This document shows positions 13,210 to 23,691 of a stretch of DNA of 64,000 nt, piece after piece. Source of the DNA: Eremomyces bilateralis CBS 781.70 (taxonomy: Eukaryota); the NCBI GenBank assembly GCA_010015585.1, contig ML975166.1. One strand, given 5' to 3'. Positions within the stretch are counted from its first letter, which is position 1, and each line of letters starts with the position of its first letter. Below the pieces are notes generated by a model that worked only from the letters and a program-made list of their open reading frames with translations, did not search any database and had not been told where the DNA came from. Both the position numbers and the translations under genes were made by a program.

Positions 13210-13977
13210 ATGTCGCCGATTCAAGTTTCCGAGTCGCTCTCTCAAGCTCTGACCGTTCTTCTTATGGAGGTAGTTAAGAGAAAGGAGGAACTCCAAGGTA
13301 TGAAGCCGCGAAATGATCCCCTCAAGCAGACCCTCAGTACCACCCAGGAGGTGTGCGTCGAGCTTCTTGCGGACAGCACTCATCTCGGTAATGAGTATAT
13401 CACTGCTCTACAGCAGATCAAGGATCTTGAATCCGCGTCTGGTTCTGACAGCCACCCCGACAGCGTTGATCACCTCTCGATTGAATCCGCCGAGTCGGCC
13501 ATCTTTGAGCGACGGGAGTGGCTAGACCAGTACCACCTTTCCTCTCCGCAGACGTGTAGGCGCCCTCACCTTGCCGAAGAGCTGTTCTCCAACCGTGAGA
13601 GTCAGAAAGCCCTTATCGAGGTTGGAAAGGCCCTGAAAAGCAAGGACCTCGACGTGTGTGATCGGGTCGATGCGAAGATCCTTATCGCATGTATCCAGCG
13701 CTCTGCCAATGACCAAACCCGGGTCATCGCAACGCTCAACGAGGCCCACGATATCATTGACCGGCATCCGGAATTGTACTAGGAGTGGAAGCGGTTCAAC
13801 TTCCACTTGGGGGTTGTACTGTTCGACGTTGGCAGCTATCAGGAGGCTATGGGCTACCTTGTGCCTGTGACCGAAGCGAAAGGATACGAGAAGGCAGTCG
13901 ATATACAGATGCAACTTGTTGGAGTGGCTATTGCAGCGGAAAACGAATCGGCAGTGGGAGTAGAAACCGAAGGGTGA
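13210..13977 (+). pseudogene. TPR-like helical repeat protein interrupted by an in-frame TAG (pseudogene or recoded gene)
   Basis: ORF 13210-13782 stops at TAG, but the same frame stays open for 64 more codons (EWKRFNFHLGVVLFDVGSYQEAMGYL..) to TGA 13975-13977. A further small exon to ~14080 is possible. Confidence 0.55.
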
Positions 13978-14384
13978 GCTGGTACTGACGAGAAGGCAGC
14001 AGCAGATCCTGTGCTGTGCACAGAAGCTGATGGAACGGGCTCTTAGATCCCATTCCATGTCTACCGGCTGGTCTCATTAGGCGGCTTTTTCAATAATCTC
14101 AACTTTCTCTACCGACATATGGCGTTCAAGGAATCAATAGATTTATAAATCGTAGCATTCAATTGACCTACCCGAATGTGACGTGATACCTACGGTTGTA
14201 ATATGTATGTCTTACCAGTCCGAACCAGTGAGCTTGTGAGCCGGTTTAGCGCAGGAGAATCCCTCCCCTATTACTTTGCTACCCAAACAACAACCTAAAC
14301 CCTAGGTTGCTTTTGACCAGCCGCCAACAAATCACTATTACAAACTTTAACTAAATCCCTCTTATTACTAGTACGGAATAGACC

Positions 14385-15759
14385 ATGGGTCTTCCTAAAC
14401 CAAGCCTGACATTCACATTACCTTCGCTTCATGACGATACTCCTCTCGACTGCCGCATATACCAGCCCAAAGCGACGTTGAACGGCGCTTTCTCCAATGT
14501 TGCCGCGATCCTAGCACATCCGTACGCACCGCTGGGAGGATGTTTCGACGATCCGGTGCTTGATGCCGTTGGCTCCGAATTGTTGGAGAATGGCTGGGCC
14601 GTAGCAACGTTCAATTTCAGGTAACCCAGATCAAGTTCCTTGGGTCCGCTCAAAGTTCCATGTATACAGCATCTAAACAGCCCTCCCCACGGGATATATA
14701 TAGCGCCTTCAACGGGCGTGAAAACAAATTTGTTGCGATACTTTTTAACCGAAGTTCAGTTCTGTTTGCATAGTAGACACCACTCTTCGCGCGGTTAGTA
14801 CGACGTGCTAATACTTCTGCTCTAGGGGCGCTTTAGGCTCTCATGGGAGGACTAGTTGGACCGGAAAGCCAGAAGTGGCCGATTATATCACGATAGCGGG
14901 ATTTGTGATCTTCTATCTACAGCATCTGCAAGTACGGCAGCGTGGTATCCAAAGCCCGGAGGAGGGAGTAGGCCTTCCTCCTCAGGTGGGCAATCCAGAA
15001 TCAAGCGATCCTAACACGATACATCTGATTCTGGGAGGATACTCATATGGCTCACTCATTGTCACGCACCTGCCTACTGTATCAGAGATCATTGCCCGGT
15101 TCTCGTCGCCAGTTGAGGGCTCGGCGGCGGCGGAGGTTCGTCTCCGAGCGCGACGACTAGCTGAAGAAGATGCGGCACTATACAGCGCTTCTCTTCCAGC
15201 TACGAATGTGGATTCATCCCCTTGTTCTCCATCCAAATCCAGATTGCTATCAATTGGTGGGGATGAAACCGATGCTGAGCATCGGAGGTCTCTCCGCGAG
15301 TTACGCAGAAGCATTGATGGCAGACCCAGCCATAGGAGTCTCGATCTTCCGGAGAGGATCCGGTCCATCCGTCATAAGGATAAAGGAAACCAGACCGGGC
15401 CATCCACGCTTGCGTCCGATGGCTCTGATCTTCAAGCAGGCCACATGCCCAACGTTGTCGAGTCATATCTCCTTATATCTCCCCTGCTTCCACCGACATC
15501 ATTCTTCACCGCGGTATCGCTCCGAGACCCGAATCTAGAAAAGTTTTCACGGCATCCTACACTGGCGGTGTTTGGTGATTCCGACGTGTTTACTTCGATC
15601 CGGAAGTTAAGAGAATGGGCCGCCGGGAGGAGCCAGCCGGATGGTTCACGATTTCAAGGTGCGGCTGTGAACAAAGGGGGCCATTTCTGGATCGATCCGG
15701 CACATGTCAGAGAACTAAAGGAAGCGGTCATCCGGTGGGCTGCTTCAATCAAACAATAG
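14385..15759 (+). CDS. Alpha/beta hydrolase fold protein, 2 exons
   Basis: Intron 14621-14825 joins FNFR|GALGSHGRTSWTGKPE. Motifs AHPYAPLGG, GGYSYGS nucleophile elbow, LAVFGDSDVFT, GHFW. Confidence 0.88.
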
Positions 15760-16337
15760 GCCATTCAGCATTCTGAATGCATCTAGTGGAACTGGGAGGT
15801 TTCAATCAAGTGAACAAGAGCTTCTTGGTGGATTACGTGGGTTGAAGGCAATCCGGACAGGATACATATCATCGTGAGGTTTCTGTAGAGCATGCCATAG
15901 TCTCATGTGGACGAGGTGATCTCTTGCCCGTAAATGCCGATGAAGGAACTTCCAACCTCTCATCCGAGGGGTTTCATTGCCAAGGTTGAGGATATGTTGA
16001 AAACTGGCTTGGAAATAACGTGGATCATCAATGAGGGGAATCGTGTCACAGGAAAAATTACCTTAGCTATATCTGCCCTTCTACTAGCCTCCTAGTAGGG
16101 GCGTCCCTTTTTGGGGATTTAGCTTAGTTGGTTACATTTGACAAATCGGAGGGGTCGCGACTGGAGTGGAGAGTGGATGGAACACGTGAAAGGTTTCCGC
16201 TGAACCAGAAGCAATCCGATCAGTGAGGTATTTGTACATCATCACACAAATTGCTTGGACGATTGAAATCAACCGAGCAATTGGAAGAGCATTAACAATC
16301 GGATTGTTTATCTCCTTCGATTTGAATCACAAACATC

Positions 16338-16806
16338 ATGCAGACAACAGGAGCTGAGACAGCTCCAGACCAAGCTCAGAATCTTCCCGAGTTTCAAGTC
16401 CACGAGCCAGAGACCGTGTGCCGCGCCAACGGGATTCCACCCATCACTGACCCGAGCATTCTACACAACATACGGTACCTGGGCCAATTCATCAATCGGT
16501 ATATCCGAATCTCGATCACAGACGCCCGTGTATTTGTCGGCCAGTTGCGCTGCCTCGACCGGGTATGATCCCCCATGGCGCGAATATGTTAATTAGATGA
16601 AATACTGACTCCCTTAGGATCTGAATATTATATTGGCTCTGACGTATGAATTCCGTCCACCAACCGTGTCGGATCTGGAGCGAGCCGCAACCCAGGCACG
16701 GGAGGCCGGGTTGCAAACCCAGCGGGTCGAGACGCCAAAACGATATGTTGGTTTGGTTGTCATCCCCGGCAAGCACATCACGAAGATCGAGTACGAGGAG
16801 TCGTGA
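16338..16806 (+). CDS. MAK31: LSm-domain protein, Mak31/Naa38 (NatC auxiliary subunit)-like, 2 exons
   Basis: Intron 16563-16617. Sm1 motif IRISITDARVFVGQLRCLDRDLNIIL and Sm2 motif RYVGLVVIPGKHITKIE. The assignment to Mak31 rather than another LSm is from family resemblance. Confidence 0.75.
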
Positions 16807-16888
16807 TGCGCCACCGGGGAAATCCCAAGATCCGAAGCTCGCAGGCCGTATTTTTATTATCGATATATGTATACATGGAACGCCCCAA

Positions 16889-18368
16889 TCAAATCTGGCG
16901 GACCTCCTTCCCAACCATGTCGGGTCGCTCCGCTTCCCATTCGTCGCGGAGCACCGCGAACAGCGAATCCCCGAGGATCATGATGAGCGCGAGACTCCAG
17001 ACTAGTGTTATGGCGTAAAAGAAGTTCGCGTTGCCTGACCCGGCATATATCCAGAGATGATAGAAGGCAGGCCCGAAGAAGGTTGCATAGAGCAACACGG
17101 TGGAGGAGAGAAACGCGTACCGCATCACTAGAGGCATGTATTAGCGACGCATTGAGCAGATGTGACGGCTTTTCTTACATGGGAACACATGGCTGTAAAG
17201 GCTCAGGCAGCCAACAAAAACCGCGGTTTCGGACACGCTCGGGTATGGCAGGAAGATGGCAAATATCCCCAACAACGCAACGATCGCGAACAGAGGCTGT
17301 TCCCGTAGACGGAGGGTCAAACCGCCGACATAGGAGGCCATGTGCAACCAGAAAACCGCCAAGAAGAATTCCCGGAACGAGTCAAACATCTCGGTGAAGA
17401 AATACCACCACAGGCCGACGTTGGGAGTCAGGTCCGGCAGAAGGAGGTGGAAACCATATGTGGAACCGATGAATTCCCACGACCCGGTCAGCATGTACGA
17501 TATGCATAGTAAGCATCCGATGGCAGCCACCAAGCCTCCGGTATGTTGTATTGCGAACGTGACCGGGGACGGGACGGTCGGCTTCGCAGCTGCTTGGCGA
17601 ACTTGTCGGTCGTAACAAAGGATGAGAAGCGGCGGAGCAAGGAGGATCGGGTAGAGCGAGGTATAAGAGGCAACGGCCAGTGAAAGCACGAGGTGGAAGG
17701 AATGCCCAGCGGTTGCTTTGAAGATGGCGAAAAGAATGGCGCAGTTGGTGAATGCGCTCGTTGACCGCGCCAGACAGGTAACGATGGTGAAGGGGTTCAA
17801 AAGGAAGCTATTCCGTCAGTATTTTTCGTTGAGAGAGGAGCAGACTGTCCCACCTCGCGCCAATCGCAGCACTACTCCAACTAAGATGCTTTCGCGGAGA
17901 GGTATATAGTCGCGATGTGACTGATTCGCCGGATTCGGCGGTCCTCACGAGTGCATAAGCACCCAACAGGTCCAGAGCTATGTAGACAATCGCGGTGGGT
18001 AGGGGATGGGTCGAGACGTTTGGAAGAAGGGCAAATATGGGTAGCAATAGAGGAGCCTTCCTGAAGTTAGAGTAGTCCGTATCAGAGGGTTCATATCGGG
18101 TACCTGGTGAAAGACTCCGCCATCGTATGGAGAAACATTGTGGGTATACAGAAAAAGGCCTTCTTGCACTGTAGGAATTGGTGGATGGTTAGGACTGCGA
18201 ATCAAGCGGGATAGGGCATTTCTCACATCTCTTAAAGCTTGTAATGGGTGTGGACACTTCCACTCGGCCGGTCAATAGATCTGGGAGGGAGGGAAAGGCG
18301 ATGAAGAGGAACAGGCGCACTGCGGCAGCAGCTGCAAAGAGCAGGACGGTCTGCTTGTCCACTCCCAT
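16889..18368 (-). CDS. GAB1: GPI transamidase subunit PIG-U/Gab1, 5 exons
   Basis: ATG 18368. Motifs RVEVSTPITSFKRLQEGLFLY, SPYDGGVFHQAPLLLP, NPFTIVTC, DLTPNVGLWWYFFTEMFDSFR, HLWIYAGSGNANFFYAITLVW. Introns include 18169-18226 and 18057-18103. Confidence 0.93.
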
Positions 18369-18752
18369 GGTATGTGCTACCTCACCGACTGACAGCGAGT
18401 CATGATAGATATTTGGAACAGGTTTCCAAGGGGTTAATGGGACAGTATCCTTTCTGGATAGGATGTCCGGCGACTGATCAATTGTACATCGTTGTCGCTC
18501 TGTACAGATATACCGATGTACGGGCATACACAAATACCACACTGGTCCCTACAGTCCAATGGAGGTTGGTGCTTAATAAGCATTTACATCCCTGTAAACA
18601 AATCCCTGTCGATAGGTGGGGACGACAGGGGTGAGACCCTTGCTCGAAATTTCGAATTTTGCCGATGCTTCATCCAGTTCATCGTGATAAGTTCTCCATG
18701 CTGAGAACCTGAATGCGACATCTTTAACCACAATTCCACAACACTCTTCACG

Positions 18753-20922
18753 ATGGGGCGCATTAAGAAAAAGGGTGAGAGGACGATCAACGATTTCCAT
18801 TCCAGGAACTTGTAAGCTGATATCCATTGTCTAGGAACCGCTGGCCAGGCCAAAAACTTCATTACGAGGACACAGGCAGTCCGGAAACTTCAGATCTCGT
18901 TGCCAGACTTTCGCCGACTATGCATCTTCAAGGGTAAGCATTTCGTTGGATCTGTTCAATTCTACATCGCTGACGAAATCTCCAGGCATTTATCCCCGCG
19001 AGCCCCGGAACAAGAAGAAGGCGAACAAAAGCTCGACCCCGTCCACCACCTTCTACTACTCCAAAGACATCCAATATCTCCTCCATGAACCGCTGCTCCA
19101 GAAATTCAGGGACCACAAAGCGCTGGCGAAGAAGATCAACCGCGCCCTCGGAAAAGGACAGTTCAAGGGTGCGTCGCGACTGGAGAAAAACTTGACTCCG
19201 CGCATGCGGATAGATCATATCATTCGCGAGCGATATCCTACCTTTGTGGATGCTGTAAGGGATTTGGACGATGCGCTGTGCATGGTTTACCTGTTCGCAA
19301 ACCTCCCGTCCACCGAGGAGGTGCCTCACAAGACCATTGCGCTGTGTCAGCGCCTTTGCAACGAGTTCGAGCATTACCTGATCGTGTCGCATTCGCTTCG
19401 AAAGTCGTTCTTATCGATCAAAGGCGTATACTACCAGGCAACGATACAGGGCCAGGACGTCTTATGGCTTGTTCCCTACAAATTCGTGCAGCGAGTAACC
19501 GGGGATGTGGACTTCAGGATTATGGCGACCTTTGTGGACTTCTACACGAATCTCCTGGGATTTGTTAACTTCCGATTATACACGACCCTCGGCTTGGTGT
19601 ACCCGCCGAAATTCAATCAGCTGAGCGATGAGCAAGGCGGTGAACTCGGAGCTTTCACCTTGCAAGGCCATGGACTTGGACAAGAAGAGGATCAGGATGA
19701 GGAGATAACATCTGTGACGACCAACCCGAAGGCACAAGCAATCGCGGATGCACTGGCACAAGAGGAAGCTGGCGCCATTGAGGAGACTTCGCAAAACGAA
19801 GATAGCTCAATGGCTGTCAAAGATACTGAGGAGGCGCCCGTGGACGATGCACCAGCTGATCTCGCTGGTGCTATGATTCCGGGTTCGTCCGATTTCGATC
19901 AGGCTCTGCAACTTCAAGTCGACGACACCCCTTACGCCACCCTTTTCTCCGACATGTCCGTGTTCCTCTCTCGCGAGTCTCCACGACATGCACTGGAGTT
20001 CCTTCTTCGATCGTTCGGATGCAAGCGCATCGGCTGGGAAGAAAGTCTCGGCGACGGAGCGTTCAAGAGCGATGAAAACTGGAGTGGGTGGACGCATCAG
20101 GTTGTTGATCGGCCAGGTGCGCCGTCGACGGGAGGTTCGGCACCGCACGACGAGACCGAGGCAGGGGCACAGTCCGCGGCAGACTCCCAGCAACGTGTTC
20201 CGGACCGAGCTTATGTCCAACCGCAATGGGTATGGGATTGTGTCAACGCCGGACGTATCCTGCGGACGGATCTATACGCCCGGGGAGCTACACTTCCGCC
20301 TCACTTGAGTCCCTGGGTGAAAGCGAAGAAGGGTGAATACGACCCAACGCAGCCACTGGAGCCAGCAGATACAGTCGATGCTGCTGAACAGGAAGAGGGT
20401 GCAGCTCAACCTCTGGCCAACGGCGCTTCCAAGGAGGAGGAGGAGGAGGAGGAGGAAGAGGAAGAAAGCGATTTATCCGATGGCATGCAGGAGGACCTCT
20501 CGGAAGACGAAGATGAAAGTGCCGACGAGACCAAAGCAGACATTGACGAAACGCTGGGCGATCTCTCGGACGACGACGACGACGACAGTGCATCGGTGTC
20601 TTCAGCCGAGGTTGATCGCCAAAGCCATCAACTCGAGTTGGAGGCGGAGGCGGCGGGCGTCAAGCCGAGTGCGAAGAAATCCGCGAAGAACGCCAAACCT
20701 TCGGCACCAGCGAAGAGCGAGAAGGCGAAGCAAAAGGAGCGCGAGGCGCGAAAGGAGCAGGAGGAGGTCGAGCGGCTGAAGGGGATGATGAGCAAGCGGA
20801 AGCGGATGTTGTACGAAAAAATGCAGTACGGGAATAAGAAGCGGGAGGATGAGGCGGAGAAATTGAAGAGCAAGCGCCGGAAGTTGGAGGCGACGAAGCA
20901 GCGGGCGGGTGGCAAGTCATAG
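18753..20922 (+). CDS. NOP7: Pescadillo homolog Nop7 (60S biogenesis, BRCT domain), 3 exons
   Basis: MGRIKKKG start; introns 18775-18834 and 18934-18985. Motifs [53 protein letters not shown]; acidic then basic tail. Confidence 0.96.
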
Positions 20923-21064
20923 TTATAAAGCGCTACATGTACCACTCTGAACTTCACGGAAATGGGAGATAATGCTCTTTTATGCAACAGCCATGTAGTT
21001 CCTACAATTCCTTATGACCCGTGAAGTTGGTCCCATCATTGCATTATTAGACCAGGCCTCTATT

Positions 21065-22878
21065 TCACCTTCGGCTTGCTTGCCAGACTTTCTCGAAGAA
21101 CTTATGTATCGGGGCTTCGTCGATCGGACAAACCAGTGCTACGTACTGATCTGGCCTCACAACGATAACTGCGCCGTGGCGAGGATCCACTCCCCATGCA
21201 TCGTACGCCTGTCCATGGCCACTGTTATAGCTTTTATCGTCCACGTAGACGTGGTGGAACTGGCGAATTTTGTACGTTCCCCTCTCAGACGCATAACTCT
21301 CGGGAATATCGCTCTGTTCGATCGCGGTTCGGTCCCCGTGTAGCACGAGAACCGGCTCGATCATATTTGCACCGTCGATCTCCGGGCCAAACTGAGGGTT
21401 TTGATCTTTCCACAGGAACGCGGATCCGCTGTCCCCCTTCCTCACGTTTTGAACGCTGCCACCCAGGACGACAACTTTCCATTTTCCGTCCGCATCCAAA
21501 GCTGCGGCTGAAAGTTGAACTGCCCGAGAGTCGATGAATCTGACAACTTGGGCGCTGGGAAACCGCATCCCCACGGTGATCTTCGTGGCCAAATTCTGAG
21601 TGGTCCGACTTAACGACGTGATCATTGACTCGTCATAGGAAGTGGTGAGGCCGGCGGTATAGAGGCCTGACATGATGAAGAACTCGCGGAACGTCTCCGC
21701 CGCGGTGGCGATCTTGTTACCGCCGGTCTGGATCGAAAAGAGCTTGGTGAGTTTCCGATCAAAGGCGATCAGGTCGGCTGCAGTCTTCTCGCGCTCGAGA
21801 TTGTAGGTTCGGAGTAGGTCCGGGCTAGATAACCCTTTGAGCACGTAACCAAGCTTCCAGCCAATGTTGTATCCATCCTGGAGACTCATATTCATGCCCT
21901 GCCCAGCTTTCGGCGAGTGCGTGTGAAAGGCATCACCCATCAAGAAGATCCGATTGTCTTTCGAGATCTGGTCCGCGAGACGCTGCCCGATCGCATATGC
22001 GGACCACCAATATGTCTCGACAATCTCCAGACTGTATTGCGAGAAGATTTGGCGGGCGCTCTCCTGCAGGTCTTTCAACTGGACTGTCTTCGGATCCGTC
22101 CCGTGCGGCAGTTCGATGTAGAATCTTGACATAGTTCCACCTTCGCGGGGAATGATGAGTAGATTGCCAGCTTGAGACCGAAGGGTCGTCTTTTTTCGGA
22201 TATCTGGAAAGTCGGTTTGGGCAAAGCAGTCCATCACGCCCCAGACGGCATCACTCGTATCTCCCACCATAGTGAAGCCTAGGCTTCGTCTCACGATACT
22301 ATGTGCGCCATCGGCTCCCTTCTAAAGTTAGCGCATGGCTTTGGAATGAGGGTAATGCCGCTCACCAACACATATTTTGCCCGATACATGCGCTGTTTCC
22401 CCTCCTTCTCCGTTTCCACAACCACTGGATACGGTTCGTCTCCCGAGCCCCCGAGCACAGCATTAACCTTCACACCGTACTGGACATCCTTCCCGCCGAG
22501 CCGTTTCATGGACTCGATGAGGATCATGTTAAACCGTGCCTGGTTCAAAATGACATGATGTCTCCAGGAGATGCCTTCCTCCACGTCCGGAGCCCGTCCA
22601 CGCCGCTCAATCTTCGTCTCATCTCCGTCCCCCGGTGCCCAGAAGCAGACCTCGTTGACCCAGTATGCATCTTTCACAAGCTCTTCTGCCAGGCCAAAAC
22701 TCTCAAACACCTCGACCGTTCGGCATTGGACGCCATCCGCATGACCGAACTCTAAGGGCCCATCACGTTTTTCGACGATGACGAAGTCAATCCCCAGGCG
22801 AGTCAGCCACTGCGCAGCGCAGAGTCCAGCCGGGCCAGAGCCGACGATGATCACATCAACTTCCTCTGCCTTGTCCAT
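21065..22878 (-). CDS. FAD-dependent phenol 2-monooxygenase family protein, 2 exons
   Basis: VIIVGSGPAGL (GxGxxG), GHADGVQCRTVEVF, GADGAHS across the intron ~22319-22365, LMGDAFHTHSPKAGQGMN, C-terminal VVRPDQYV thioredoxin-like domain. Confidence 0.92.
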
Positions 22879-23691
22879 GATAAATGGAACCTGTATGGAG
22901 AGACGTTGGGGTGCGCAAATGTCAAACAAAATTAGTCGCTTTCTCTTACTTCGAGTATCACTTAGAGATGGATCGTTGTTCTCGTTTCCCAAACCATCAA
23001 TGAAGGTGGCAGCATTGCGCTTTTAGATAATGCTGGACCTCTTGTCAATTGTCTTCCATTAGTGCTCAACCTTTTCAAATTTCCATCTTCGTCAGCTCTG
23101 ATTGGCGTTCTACGCTGATTCACGGCATTTGCGGGCGGCATCTTTGAGGCGGGAGCCGGAAAGCATCCCCGGCAAGGTATCCTGTGTTGTTGGAGAGATG
23201 GAGTCGGCGGTAATTCGTAGTTATGCGACCGGTTCCATTCAAACCCACGAATGACCCCGCGTCGCCACGGGATCGTTCCGGTTGTGGGTCCGAATGCCTG
23301 CGTACGGGTAGCCGGTAGACGGATGAAGAAACGAGGCCGGTAATGTATCGGCCGAGATATCAGAATGCAGATGACTGCTACGTATAACCCGTTTTACGAT
23401 TCTCTTGTGGGGAATGAGACTGGTTACTGGTTAGGTTTCATCAGGTTAAAATAAGCAAACTATGAACTCATGTGCATATAAACCACAATTAGGAAGATTC
23501 GCTGGCGGGAATCAGTTCAACAATCACGGATCCATTGCACCAAGGACGGGCTAGTCTAGACTTTCTCCATTGTCCTAATGTATAATGAGCCTTTTCGAGC
23601 CCGTGCCCCATCCTTTCAAAGTTTCAAGGCATCCCAATTATCCCATCCCGTTGAAGCGCCGACGAGCGCGTTTCCCTAACCAGTCCGCAAA

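Noticed and set aside
20432..20586. (GAG)n and (GAC)n runs; similar runs at 26780-26920 and (GAT)5 at ~59415
   Set aside because: Ordinary acidic low-complexity tracts in Nop7 and Spt5, and a simple microsatellite.
21065..22878. Phenol monooxygenase as the anchor of a secondary-metabolite or aromatic-catabolism cluster
   Set aside because: Flanked by NOP7 and SPT5; no PKS/NRPS, ring-cleavage dioxygenase, transporter or Zn2Cys6 regulator in the window.
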